The notes beneath the pieces were generated by a model. It saw only the letters and a list, made by a program, of their open reading frames with translations. It searched no databases and was not told the origin of the DNA. The position numbers were made by a program, and so were the translations under genes. A stretch of 41,474 nucleotides of DNA from Anaerolineae bacterium (GTDB lineage: Bacteria > Chloroflexota > Anaerolineae > B4-G1 > SLSP01): NCBI GenBank assembly GCA_034432995.1, contig DAOUAY010000624.1, positions 1 to 41,474 on the forward strand, in the 5' to 3' direction. Shown here one piece after another: positions 19,115 through 29,840 of the stretch (positions are counted from its first letter, which is position 1; every line of letters starts with the position of its first letter).

Positions 19115-20524
19115 ATGAAGAAAGCGATAACGTGGATCATCATCCTGGCCGTCATTGCTGGCGGGGTGTGGGGAGTACTGTGGTGGCGAGAGCAGCGCGC
19201 GCAATCGCAAAGCGCGACCGGTGACGTGCTGCGCACCGGACAGGTTACGCGCGGCGAACTGGTCATCAGCGTGCCCGCCAGCGGCAATGTCGCCGTCAAC
19301 CGAAAGGTGAACCTCAGCTTCAAATTGCCGGGAAACGTCACTGCTGTCTCCGTGGCGGTCAGCGATCAGGTCAAGGCCGGACAGGAATTGGCGCGACTGG
19401 ACACCGCCAATCTCGAACGGGCCGTGCGGCAGGCGGAGATCGCCCTCGAACAGGCGCGCCTCAACCTGGAAACCCTGCAAAAGCCTGCCACCGAAGCGGA
19501 CATCCGACTGGCAGAATTGGCCACCCAGAACGCAGCGCAAGCCCTCGAAGTCGCGCGCCTCAGCAAGGAAGCGGCGGAGGCGCAGGCCAGTCTGAGCATC
19601 CGTTCGGCGCAGGACGCAGCCGACAAAATGGAAGAGGCGTATGAAGGCGCAGTCGACCGGCTGGATCAAATGGGATTGCCGCTCTCTTACGCCGCCGGTG
19701 TCACCGCCGCTTACATGGAGGCCGAAGGCAATGTCGGCATCACGCAGGTCAAAGCTGAATACCAACTGCAACAAATTCGCAGTCAATGGCTGTCTGCTTA
19801 CCAGTCTTATCGACAGGCGCAGCAAAACCTCGCAAAACTACAAACCGGCCCCGATACCGATAGGATTCGCCAGATCGAATTGCAAATCGAACAGGCGAAG
19901 TTGAGTCTGGAGCAGGCGAAAGACAACCTGAACAATACCAGTCTCAGCGCCCCCTTCGAGGGCGTCGTCGCTGCGGTCAATATCCAGGCAGGGGCTGCCG
20001 CGCCTACCGGCCTCCCTGCGGTCACATTGCTGGACACGTCCGAATTGTACATCGAGGTCAACGTGGATGAAATCGACATCGGTAAAATCGCCGTGGGGCA
20101 GCCGGTGAGCGTCACCCTGGACGCGCATCCGCAGGCCACCTTGCCCGGCACAGTCGAGCGCATCGCCGCGACGCCTACCAATGTGGGCGGCGTGATCACC
20201 TACAAACTGCGCGTGAAACTGCTCGATACCGGCGGGCTGCTGGTGCTGGAGGGAATGACGGTCAGCGTCCTCATCCAGACAGACACCATCAGCGACGTGC
20301 TCCTCGTTCCCAACTGGGCCGTGCGCACCGACCAGACGAGCAGCGAAACCTATGTTTATCGCATGGTGGACGGCGTTCCCGTGCGCACAGCGATCAGCAC
20401 CGGCGAGCGCAGCGACACCTACACGATTGTCACCACGGGATTGCCAGAAGGCGCAACCGTGGCGCTGGTCACAGAGACGCGCAGCCTTTTTGACATGCAG
20501 GGTCCACCGTCGATGGGACGTTGA
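19115..20524 (+). CDS. HlyD/MacA-type periplasmic adaptor (paralogue 2, intact)
   Basis: [19 protein letters not shown] anchor, coiled-coil hairpin, [17 protein letters not shown] lipoyl-like motif and the barrel region [21 protein letters not shown]. By eye it is roughly half identical to paralogue 1. Confidence 0.88.
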   Translation: MKKAITWIIILAVIAGGVWGVLWWREQRAQSQSATGDVLRTGQVTRGELVISVPASGNVAVNRKVNLSFKLPGNVTAVSVAVSDQVKAGQELARLDTANLERAVRQAEIALEQARLNLETLQKPATEADIRLAELATQNAAQALEVARLSKEAAEAQASLSIRSAQDAADKMEEAYEGAVDRLDQMGLPLSYAAGVTAAYMEAEGNVGITQVKAEYQLQQIRSQWLSAYQSYRQAQQNLAKLQTGPDTDRIRQIELQIEQAKLSLEQAKDNLNNTSLSAPFEGVVAAVNIQAGAAAPTGLPAVTLLDTSELYIEVNVDEIDIGKIAVGQPVSVTLDAHPQATLPGTVERIAATPTNVGGVITYKLRVKLLDTGGLLVLEGMTVSVLIQTDTISDVLLVPNWAVRTDQTSSETYVYRMVDGVPVRTAISTGERSDTYTIVTTGLPEGATVALVTETRSLFDMQGPPSMGR

Positions 20525-20532
20525 GAGGGCTT

Positions 20533-21329
20533 ATGTCCAACGCACAAACAAAACGCCTCCCCATCGTGATCTGGATCAACGACATGCATAAAGTCTATAA
20601 AATGGGCGAGAACGAAGTCCATGCGCTGCGTGGCGTCTCGCTCGGGGTGAATCAGGGCGAAACCGTGGCGATCATGGGGCCGTCCGGCTCCGGGAAATCG
20701 ACGCTGATGAACATCCTGGGCTGTCTGGACCAACCGACGTGGGGCCAGTACACGCTCGACGGCAAAGATGTGAGCAAGATGAGCGATAACGACCTGGCGG
20801 CGGTGCGCAATCGCAAGGTGGGTTTTGTTTTCCAAAGTTTCAACTTGCTGCCGCGCACGACCGCCCTGGACAACGTGATGCTGCCGCTGGTCTACGCCGG
20901 AACCAGCACGCGCAAACGCCGCGAGCGCGCCAGGGAGATGCTGGAAGCCGTGGGGTTGGGAGATCGGATGCACCACACACCCAACGAGCTTTCGGGCGGA
21001 CAACAGCAGCGTGTGGCTATCGCTCGCGCGCTGGTCAACGAACCGGCTATCATCCTCGCCGACGAGCCGACCGGCAACCTGGACAGCTCCTCCGGCGAAG
21101 AAGTGATGTACATCCTCCAACAGCTCAACAACGAGCGCGGCATCACCATCATTCTGGTGACGCACGACCCGCGCATCGGCCATCACGCGCAGCGCATCAT
21201 CCACCTGTTCGACGGGAAAGTGCTCAAAGAGGAAATCGTCCCCGACCCCATCCAGGCGCGTGGCGGACCGGACCAGAATCCAGCGCAAGCGCAGGAGGCC
21301 GCTCCAGCGCAAGCGCAGGAGGTGGCGGC

Positions 21330-21333
<4 letters not shown>
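20533..21333 (+). CDS. MacB/LolD-type ABC transporter ATP-binding protein
   Basis: Walker [10 protein letters not shown], signature [15 protein letters not shown], Walker [13 protein letters not shown] and the H-loop VTHD. ATG 20533 follows GAGAGGG. The C-terminal tail is a duplicated PAQAQE(A/V)A. Confidence 0.92.
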
Positions 21334-22568
<1,235 letters not shown>

Positions 22569-22587
22569 GCAACGATGTGAAAGATGA

Positions 22588-22616
22588 ATTCTGGCGAAGC
22601 GCGAGACTTTTGTAAT
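22588..22616. repeat. Copy of dispersed short motifs (attctggcgaag plus gagacttttgtaat)
   Basis: attctggcgaag (22588-22599) matches 3484-3495. gagacttttgtaat (22603-22616) is the exact reverse complement of attacaaaagtctc (17283-17296). Confidence 0.55.
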
Positions 22617-22637
22617 CCTGGAAAAGTGCGCTATAAT
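22610..22637 (+). promoter_or_regulatory. Candidate promoter for the sensor kinase gene
   Basis: TTGTAA (22610-22615), a 16-nt spacer, then TATAAT (22632-22637), about 78 nt upstream of the ATG at 22716. Confidence 0.45.
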
Positions 22638-22715
22638 ATTCTCATACTAACCTGATTGGTTTGAAAACAGCCCCCGGCCGTCCGCGAACCAGGCAGGATA
22701 TTTGGAGAGATACCT

Positions 22716-24929
22716 ATGCACACCACGTCGACCATCGATAAGTTGTATGCCGCTCTGGAAAAACATCAGCGCCAGCTCGAAGCACTCCGCAGTGTCAGTT
22801 TACGCGTCACCCGCAGCCTGGATCTAGAATGGGTGATGCAGCAAGCCGTCGAGGCCGTCTGCACCGTGCTCGGCGTCGAAGCCGCGGCCATCAGCGTGGT
22901 CGATCCCGACCGCGAGGAGCTGGTGATCCGCGCCCAACGCGGCATGAAGTCGTTTGCCCACGAGCCAGTCCATCTACCCAAAGGGGTCGGGCTGGCCTGG
23001 GAGACGTTGCTGAACCACGAGACGATCATTATCGAATCGTGGGAGAACGAACCACGCCTCGCCACACCGGCGTTCCTGGATGAACACATCAGCAGCACCA
23101 TTCTCGTGCCGATGTTCATCAATGGCGACCCCATCGGTGTGCTCAGCGCCATGACGCGCACCAACCACACGTTCACACCCGATGAACAAAACTTGATCGC
23201 CGGCATCGCCGATCAAGTCGCGGCGGCGCTGCTCAACGCGCGCCTGCACGAGCAAACACGCCGGCAGTCGCAAGAGCGCGCCTTTCTCTTCAGCCTGGCT
23301 ACTACCATCGCGCCGCTTCACAATGTCACGCAAGTGGCGCAAACGGCGCTGGCGCACACACTTCAGTATCTTGGCTGGCCTAACGGCGTCTTTCTCGTCG
23401 TCGAGGAAACCAACATCGAGTTACTACCCTTGGCGCAGGCAGGAGACACCGATGCAGTGCAGTCTCTCATTATGGATACGCGCGCCCTCACACGCCTTCC
23501 CGAAAACTCACACACACTCACATGTGGCACCAACGGCGATAAGCCGGGGTGTACCCTGCACATCCCTTTGCAGGCCCGCCAGCGGACCCTGGCCTGGCTG
23601 GTACTGAACACACCTGAACAGAACGTAGGTCTCGCGGATCACTTGCGCGAGACTTTGATCACCGAAGCGGTCTATCTCGGTATTGCGTTGGAAAACATCC
23701 AGCTCTACCAGAAGATGATAGAGCGCGAGCGCGGCAACAGTGTGCTCTACCAGATGACCCGCGCCATGACCGGCTATGATTTGCCACAGATGTTACAACA
23801 GATGCTTGAAGAATTGGTCAAAGGCATCCCTTACGAAGCCGCCGAGATTTTGCTGACCGAACACCCTCTTCAGGTGCTGCTGACAAATCACAGTTTGACA
23901 TCAGAGCAACTCGCCGAGATCGAATCCCACTTGTATGCCTTTCTCGATGTGCCCGAGCATATCGACCAAAATCGCGTCGTCATCCAGAATGGTCAGAATC
24001 CCCTCGATCCCACTCACCCACTCGCTTATCTCGAAACGCCGATTGTGCAAGGCGAACGCACCACAGGCGGGATCATCCTCGCCCGACACGAGCCGTTTTC
24101 CGCGCACGAACAGCGCCTGCTCTTTATCACGGCTTACCAATTAGGGAAAGCGATCATGGCGACGCAGCTTTTCCACCAGGCGCAAGAACAGGCCGACCAG
24201 CTCGAGGAAATTACCCATCTGCTGCGAGAGCAAGAAGTTCAACGCATCCACATCTTCGACGATCTGGCGCGGGAATTGCGCAATCCGGTGACGTTCATCC
24301 AGAGTTATCCCGAACTTCTGCTGGATGGCGGACTTGGCCCCCTCAACGAAGCCCAAAGCAAGGCCCTCACCAGCATCCAGGAACATGCCCAGCTTCTGGC
24401 ACACCTGGTGCGCGATCTAGGCGCCATGCGCAGCGCCGCCCCCGAAAAACTGCGCACCCAACAGGTCGACGTCGCCGGCCTGCTGCACAACGCATTGGCA
24501 GCCGCTCAACCGGCAGCCAAGAAAAAAGGGGTCACCCTGTCCATCGCTCTCGAAAATAATCTGCCTGCCGTGTGGCTTGATCCGCAGCAAATTCTCCGGG
24601 TAATCGAGAAATTGCTCAACAACGCCATCCGTTTTACGTCACCGAACGGGATCATTCACCTATCCGCGCAACGCGAAGGAGGCACGAAAATTCGCGTGGC
24701 GATTACCGATGCCGGCCCAGAAATCCCGCAGCACGAGCGAGAGCTACTCTTCAAACGGCTCTACCACGGCAATCTAGAGCGCGCCTATCCGGGTGTAGGC
24801 ATCGAATTGGCGCTGGCCCAACGCATCGTGGAAAGCCACGGTGGCGCTATCGGCGTGGATAGCGCCGCAGGCGGCGGTAACATATTCTACTTCACACTGC
24901 CAGTGAAAAGCGCACAAGATGGCGCGTAA
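22716..24929 (+). CDS. Multi-GAF sensor histidine-kinase-like protein with a degenerate H-box (Arg at the phospho-acceptor position)
   Basis: GAF-like N-terminal modules. The HisKA helix IFDDLARELRNPVTFIQSYPELLL aligns with the consensus SHELRTPL with H>R (codon CGG, 24270-24272). HATPase boxes are present: NNAIRFT, ITDAGPEI, GVGIELALAQRIVESHGG. Confidence 0.85.
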   Translation: MHTTSTIDKLYAALEKHQRQLEALRSVSLRVTRSLDLEWVMQQAVEAVCTVLGVEAAAISVVDPDREELVIRAQRGMKSFAHEPVHLPKGVGLAWETLLNHETIIIESWENEPRLATPAFLDEHISSTILVPMFINGDPIGVLSAMTRTNHTFTPDEQNLIAGIADQVAAALLNARLHEQTRRQSQERAFLFSLATTIAPLHNVTQVAQTALAHTLQYLGWPNGVFLVVEETNIELLPLAQAGDTDAVQSLIMDTRALTRLPENSHTLTCGTNGDKPGCTLHIPLQARQRTLAWLVLNTPEQNVGLADHLRETLITEAVYLGIALENIQLYQKMIERERGNSVLYQMTRAMTGYDLPQMLQQMLEELVKGIPYEAAEILLTEHPLQVLLTNHSLTSEQLAEIESHLYAFLDVPEHIDQNRVVIQNGQNPLDPTHPLAYLETPIVQGERTTGGIILARHEPFSAHEQRLLFITAYQLGKAIMATQLFHQAQEQADQLEEITHLLREQEVQRIHIFDDLARELRNPVTFIQSYPELLLDGGLGPLNEAQSKALTSIQEHAQLLAHLVRDLGAMRSAAPEKLRTQQVDVAGLLHNALAAAQPAAKKKGVTLSIALENNLPAVWLDPQQILRVIEKLLNNAIRFTSPNGIIHLSAQREGGTKIRVAITDAGPEIPQHERELLFKRLYHGNLERAYPGVGIELALAQRIVESHGGAIGVDSAAGGGNIFYFTLPVKSAQDGA

Positions 24930-24982
24930 TGCCACAATAGGTGACAAGACGATCACGCAGCGCGTCGTGAGGAACTGCAGCC

Positions 24983-25318
24983 GTGGACATATTCAACACA
25001 GAAGATCTGCTCGAACAACGAGAGAGCTTGCGCGTATCCGAGCATGCCCTCCGCGAGGCCCACAAAGAGGGATTGCGGATCAAAGAGGTGTTGCACGTCA
25101 TCTTCAACGGCGTGATCGTGGAACGCTATCCTGAACGCAAGCGCGTGTTGATTGCCGGGCCAGTCCCAGGAGAACCACTCCCTGTACACGTGGTCTGCGA
25201 TTACGCCGACCGTGACGAACTGGTCGCCGTCACCGTGTATATTCCGAATCGACCTCACTGGATCAACGAACAGTTACGCGCAGCCAGTCTCCCGCGGTTG
25301 CTCAGCCTGACGCATTGA
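24983..25318 (+). CDS. DUF4258 domain protein (toxin-like)
   Basis: GTG start. RVSEHALREAHKEGLRIKEVLHVIFNG...ERYPE...PLPVHVVCDY...LVAVTVYIPNRPHW fits the DUF4258 pattern. No partner gene is evident. Confidence 0.65.
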   Translation: MDIFNTEDLLEQRESLRVSEHALREAHKEGLRIKEVLHVIFNGVIVERYPERKRVLIAGPVPGEPLPVHVVCDYADRDELVAVTVYIPNRPHWINEQLRAASLPRLLSLTH

Positions 25319-25334
25319 GTATGTCCGTATTCTG

Positions 25335-26639
25335 TCAGGAATGATAATGGCGCTCGATCTCGCGCCGGGCAATCTCGACGGCGCGGCGAGCATTGTGCAG
25401 GTTGCCGTGAACGGTGTACACGTCGCGCACGATGAACTCGACGAAAACGCCGTGCGTGGCCTCCAATGTCTCGCGGATGTGGGCAGCCCAGGCTTCCTCA
25501 TTCAGCGTCTTGTCCACGCTGAGGAAGTTCGGATCGGGCTTGCGCGAGAAGACGATCTCCGTACCGCGCAATGCATCGCCCATAAAAGGCTGATCGCACC
25601 AGCGTGAGATAGAGACCTTCTTCAAGTTTGGCAATTGGCGAATGTCGTTCCAGAAAGGATGCGCGGGTTCGCAGCAGCCGTAGTAGAGCAGGCCCAGCGG
25701 TTCGCACACGTCGCGATAGTAGGGAAAGCAGAACTCGTGGTACATCCTGGGCGAGATGCCGACCGTCTCCTGGCTGTTGGCGTTGCCCCACATATCACGC
25801 AACCGCACCGGGTCGCCGGTGTATCCGGGCGCGGGCAGTTGCGTGGTGAAGTTGTAACTGGAACCAAAGCTATCTTGATTGCCGTTGTTGAGCCGCAGCA
25901 GGCCCTCGGATTCGGCCCAGCACATCATACGCAACGAGTTGTCGCGCAGGAAAGCCATCAAACGATGCACAGCGTCAGGGGTATCCAACAGTGCCGTGAA
26001 GTATGCCTCCATCCCCATCAACTCAATGACACGATGCGTGAGCATGTTGTTGCCGAAAGCGCCGGTGCGGATGACCACCGGCAAGAAGTCGCCGAACAGG
26101 TCTTCCAAAAACGCCTGCCAGGCATAGGTGCGTTCACGGTCCACATAACAGACGGCAGGCCGGAGCATCTCCAAATCGCGTTCCAGGTCCTTGAGCGGGT
26201 GCAGCCAGCGGTAGCCGGTTTCGATACCATCGGCGTCTTTGACAACCTCGCGCTCGATGCGGATGCCAAATTCGTCAATGTCCACAAACCAGCCGATGTC
26301 GAAGGTGTCCGGGATGACTTTGTCGTCATCGATCGACTCGTGATTGCGGATGTTGCGCAACAGTTGTTGCTCGATAGCCCTGCCGGCAGGCGACGCGCAG
26401 CGGAAAATGCTGTCCGGCATGAAGTCGCGGTCGAAGGTCCAGGTTTCGACGATCACCGGAGGACGCGCGCCTGAACGCGCGTCGTTCAAGGCATACCACA
26501 TCTGCTTGCGCTGCGCCATCACCGGCAACGTGGCATAATCAGCCTGTTTTTGCGCCAGATCGCGCAGGTAGTGCCGTTCATCGTTGGATAATTGCCATTC
26601 GATTGTGCTCATTGCATTCTCACTCGATTGATCCACCAA
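25335..26639 (-). CDS. Hypothetical protein (possibly a URO-D/MtaA-like TIM-barrel fold)
   Basis: 434-aa ORF with normal coding composition. Its stop lies close to the DUF4258 gene end. YYGCCEPAHPFWNDIRQLPNLKKVSISRWCD is weakly reminiscent of uroporphyrinogen-decarboxylase-like proteins. The functional call is weak. Confidence 0.6.
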   Translation of the reverse strand: MVDQSSENAMSTIEWQLSNDERHYLRDLAQKQADYATLPVMAQRKQMWYALNDARSGARPPVIVETWTFDRDFMPDSIFRCASPAGRAIEQQLLRNIRNHESIDDDKVIPDTFDIGWFVDIDEFGIRIEREVVKDADGIETGYRWLHPLKDLERDLEMLRPAVCYVDRERTYAWQAFLEDLFGDFLPVVIRTGAFGNNMLTHRVIELMGMEAYFTALLDTPDAVHRLMAFLRDNSLRMMCWAESEGLLRLNNGNQDSFGSSYNFTTQLPAPGYTGDPVRLRDMWGNANSQETVGISPRMYHEFCFPYYRDVCEPLGLLYYGCCEPAHPFWNDIRQLPNLKKVSISRWCDQPFMGDALRGTEIVFSRKPDPNFLSVDKTLNEEAWAAHIRETLEATHGVFVEFIVRDVYTVHGNLHNARRAVEIARREIERHYHS

Positions 26640-26648
26640 GCCACCGGC

Positions 26649-28166
26649 TCACTCACGCGCCTTTCGTATTCGCAGCGCGACGTAAGGTTTGGCGGGCAGG
26701 TTCACCCGGCACTTACCGGAGAATGTGCCGTCCAACGGTGTGATCGTCATCTCCCAGGCGTCGATCACATCTATAGTATACGCAGCGTCCTCGGGCAAGC
26801 TGATGTCTTTATACGCCGGGCGGTTGATGCCGAAGTAGATCAAGCGATAGGTGTCCGCCGCATCGGTGGATTGGTTCAAATCCCAATATCCGCCGCGCGG
26901 ATCAATCGCGGAGCCGTCTTCCATGATCTGCCGTAGGAAGGCGATACGCGCCGGACTGTCACCGTGGAGCACCCCACCCTTCGACCACCAAAGGATGTCG
27001 TCGGGATGCAGGTAGGTCTCGCCGTGGCCCACGTAGCCGCCACGCGAAAACCCTTCCCAGAAGCGATGCGCCATCTCCTGCGCGGTGATGTTACCCCAGT
27101 TGTGCGGGATGTTGCCTTCGTAGCAACACTCGTCCACCACGACGGGCTTCTTGTACAATTCGCGCCAGTGTCCCACCTGGTTGAGCTCCGAGCGTTGAAT
27201 GCTGCAGTGCGTGACCCAGGGCTTGTTGTGGTCGTAGAAGGTGTGGCAGTTATGGACGGAACGCAAGTGCTGGTACGGGTCGCTCGCCTGCACGATCTGG
27301 AAGAAGCGATCCCAATCCTGCTCGGTCTTGGCCTCCATCAAATCGAACTCGTTCGCCATCGACCACCACACGTTGCGATAGGCCGCCAGCCGCGCGACGA
27401 CGTAACGTAGATAGCGGTCGTCCACTTCGGCGGGCATCGTGCTGTAGCCCCAGCAGTCGTATGGGTGAAAGAGGATGATGTCGGCCTCGATACCCAGGTC
27501 GCGCAGGTTGCCGACGCGCTGTTCCAGGTGGCGGAAGAAAGCCGGATTGAAGCGGGTGAAGTCGAAGCGGTAGCCACCCTCACCCCCAAACGCAGTCTCC
27601 CGGCGTCCCCCTCTCCCAGAGGGAGAGGGGAGTTCCGACTCTCCTCCCTCCAAGGGGAGTTGGAGGGGGGCAAAGGCATGATAGGGCGGCTCGTTCTGAT
27701 TGAAGGTGTAGTGCTTGGGGAACACACACATGCGTAGTTTGTTGAACGGCGCGGTCTTGAGCGTCCCAAGCGTCTGTTCCTCAAGTTCGTCCCCCTGATG
27801 ATTCCACACGTAACACGTCGTGCCGACCGAAAAGTGTGGCGTACCATCCTCATAGGCGAAATGATACGTGTTCCGCACCCGCACCGGCCCGTGATTGCCC
27901 GTCGATGCCGGTATGCAGTCGAACGCGCCCGTCTTGCCATCCAACGCAGCGACGTTGCTGCGCGTCGTGTACGTCCACGCGCCGACCGTGTCCGGCATGA
28001 AGCGAACTTTGTAGACGCCCTCACCATCGTAGAAACCGTCCACGTCGATAACGCGGTGCTTGTACGCAAACCGCGCGCCGAAGGTCACATCAAGGAATGG
28101 ATTACCTTCCGTCGGGCCGTCCAACGTCACCTCGAAAATGTCCCAACGTTCTGCGAATTGCTGCAT
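26649..28166 (-). CDS. DUF5060/DUF4038/DUF5605-type putative glycoside hydrolase with an in-frame repeat-element insertion
   Basis: N-terminal [26 protein letters not shown]...[29 protein letters not shown] is the DUF5060 pattern. The core carries [16 protein letters not shown] and [10 protein letters not shown]. The C-terminal YRLIYFG...[11 protein letters not shown] is DUF5605-like. Confidence 0.8.
   Translation of the reverse strand: MQQFAERWDIFEVTLDGPTEGNPFLDVTFGARFAYKHRVIDVDGFYDGEGVYKVRFMPDTVGAWTYTTRSNVAALDGKTGAFDCIPASTGNHGPVRVRNTYHFAYEDGTPHFSVGTTCYVWNHQGDELEEQTLGTLKTAPFNKLRMCVFPKHYTFNQNEPPYHAFAPLQLPLEGGESELPSPSGRGGRRETAFGGEGGYRFDFTRFNPAFFRHLEQRVGNLRDLGIEADIILFHPYDCWGYSTMPAEVDDRYLRYVVARLAAYRNVWWSMANEFDLMEAKTEQDWDRFFQIVQASDPYQHLRSVHNCHTFYDHNKPWVTHCSIQRSELNQVGHWRELYKKPVVVDECCYEGNIPHNWGNITAQEMAHRFWEGFSRGGYVGHGETYLHPDDILWWSKGGVLHGDSPARIAFLRQIMEDGSAIDPRGGYWDLNQSTDAADTYRLIYFGINRPAYKDISLPEDAAYTIDVIDAWEMTITPLDGTFSGKCRVNLPAKPYVALRIRKARE
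27596..27670. repeat. GC-rich double-hairpin element inside a CDS (in frame)
   Basis: cccctctccc-aga-gggagagggg (27608-27630, a perfect 10-bp stem) and ccctccaa-ggggag-ttggaggg (27646-27667, an 8-bp stem). On the minus strand it is translated as ...[29 protein letters not shown]..., a low-complexity segment between the conserved NEPPYHAF and [10 protein letters not shown] blocks. Confidence 0.75.
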
Positions 28167-28347
28167 TGTGTTCCTCCATCAACGTGATTTCGCGCTTCAA
28201 TGTAACGCGATGTGATAAAAAGGTCAAATGATGATAAAGCCATCCATCCATACACTTCTTGCGCGAGATGAGAGTCATGATACACTGAAGCCAGATACGA
28301 AAAGCGATAGACAGACAAAGTCGTTACACGATCAAGGACGGAGCAAG

Positions 28348-28578
28348 ATGTCAAAATATGGAGATCAACCCATGCATACGACAATAGACTATCGGCAACA
28401 GCTATTGAAAGAGATTGATACGTTGCCGCCGCGCACGCTAGAGAAAATCTATCAAATGGTGGTCTTCCTCAAAGAAGAGTTCATAGAACCTGACGAAGCG
28501 CGGTATCGCATCACCCTGCAAGAATTCCAGGATCACATATACTTACGCAATATCGGCGGACACGAGATCTTACCTTGA
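28348..28578 (+). CDS. Small protein resembling a DUF2281-type antitoxin N-terminus fused to a RelE/ParE-like C-terminal remnant
   Basis: YRQQLLKEIDTLPPRTLEKIYQMVVFLKEEF is antitoxin-like and RYRITLQEFQDHIYLRNIGGHEIL resembles the last strands of RelE/ParE toxins. It lies in a low-GC patch. The start could be 28348 or 28372. Confidence 0.4.
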   Translation: MSKYGDQPMHTTIDYRQQLLKEIDTLPPRTLEKIYQMVVFLKEEFIEPDEARYRITLQEFQDHIYLRNIGGHEILP

Positions 28579-28594
28579 TCCACAAAACAAAAAA

Positions 28595-28619
28595 GGGCGA
28601 CGCCGAAACTGCGTCGCCC
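28595..28619. terminator. Bidirectional stem-loop terminator between convergent genes
   Basis: gggcgacgc (28595-28603), loop cgaaact, then gcgtcgccc (28611-28619). It is flanked by aaaacaaaaaa upstream and cattttag downstream. Confidence 0.65.
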
Positions 28620-28652
28620 GTCATTTTAGAATGTCCGGCCTTTGACCCAGAC

Positions 28653-29753
28653 CTACAACTTCACCGCCGTAGACTTCGACATCGCCAACACCTCGTCGGC
28701 GGTCACTTCCCGATCCAGCTTCTCCGAGAGGAAGATGCCCTCAGAAATCAGCATCGTATTCAGCGCAACGGCAGCCGTGGGCAACAGTTCCACACGGCCT
28801 TGCAACGCCGCGATCCAGTGATGCTGCGAGCTGTCGTACACGTCGCCGACCTCGTGAACGTTGTGCAAGCGATAATCGAACTGCCCCAGATCGCCTGAAC
28901 CGTTGATCGCCAGGTCGCCGATGTTGAAGTAGTAGCCGAACGGCTCCAGCTTCACCCCACCCTGCGAACCGACGATGTACGAGCCTTCGAAGCCGTCCAG
29001 ATGAATAGCCCACGCTTCGATGATGTCCAGCGCGATGTTGTGCTCCAGGCGCACGAAGCCCATACCTAGTTCCTCCACATCGTAGCCGCTGATTTCCAGC
29101 CGGCGCGGATCAATGGGCGTTTCCTGGTACGTCTTGCCGGTGATGCGCAGCACTTTGGGGTTGTCCAGCAGGTAGAGGATATTGGCGATGTGATACACGC
29201 CCATATCGTAGAACGCGCCGCCGCCGGAGTTGCGCTTCTGCACGAAGGGGGGCGCGCCGTAGCCGTCCACGTAGGGGCGACCCCGCCGCCGGAACCCGGT
29301 CGAACGCGCGTGATAGAGCTTGCCCAGATGCCCGCCATCGATGAGGTACTTGGCGGACTTCGTCTCCTTGCTGTAGAGCGTGCTCAACTGGATATGCAGC
29401 AGCTTGCCGGTCGCTTTGGCGGTCTCCACCATCGTCACGCCGTCGGCGTAGGCGCCGGCGATAGGCTTTTCGCAGTAGACGTGCTTGCCGGCTTCCAATG
29501 CCGCCACCGTGACGGGCATGTGCAGGTTGTTGTGCAGGCACACATCCACCGCGACGATGTCATCGCGCTGCAACAACTCGCGGAAATTCGTGTAGGTATC
29601 AGGGATGCCAAATTCCTGCGCCACACGGCCCAACTCAGCCGCATTGAGATCCGCTGCCGCTACGATTTCCGCGCCCTCGATCTTCTGATAATTCCGTAAG
29701 TGACTCTTGCCAATCTGTCCAATGCCAACGATGCCTATACGCACCTTATCCAT
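28653..29753 (-). CDS. Gfo/Idh/MocA-family NAD(P)-dependent oxidoreductase
   Basis: [19 protein letters not shown] Rossmann motif, EKPIA motif (VYCEKPIAG) and a C-terminal alpha/beta domain. ATG 29753 is preferred over the track start at 29813. Confidence 0.88.
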   Translation of the reverse strand: MDKVRIGIVGIGQIGKSHLRNYQKIEGAEIVAAADLNAAELGRVAQEFGIPDTYTNFRELLQRDDIVAVDVCLHNNLHMPVTVAALEAGKHVYCEKPIAGAYADGVTMVETAKATGKLLHIQLSTLYSKETKSAKYLIDGGHLGKLYHARSTGFRRRGRPYVDGYGAPPFVQKRNSGGGAFYDMGVYHIANILYLLDNPKVLRITGKTYQETPIDPRRLEISGYDVEELGMGFVRLEHNIALDIIEAWAIHLDGFEGSYIVGSQGGVKLEPFGYYFNIGDLAINGSGDLGQFDYRLHNVHEVGDVYDSSQHHWIAALQGRVELLPTAAVALNTMLISEGIFLSEKLDREVTADEVLAMSKSTAVKL

Positions 29754-29840
29754 AGTCTCGACCTCCGAAGTATTTTTCAGTTCCAGGTTAACCAGCCAGT
29801 GTCGATCTGACAATCTACGATCGACAAATTTTTCAGTTCT

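Noticed and set aside
26866-26892. tRNA-like T-arm (attgg-ttcaaat-cccaat, a GGTTCAAATCC-type motif).
   Set aside because: No complementary acceptor stem, D-arm or anticodon arm lies within the required distance. It sits inside the DUF5060 hydrolase CDS, so I judge it coincidental.
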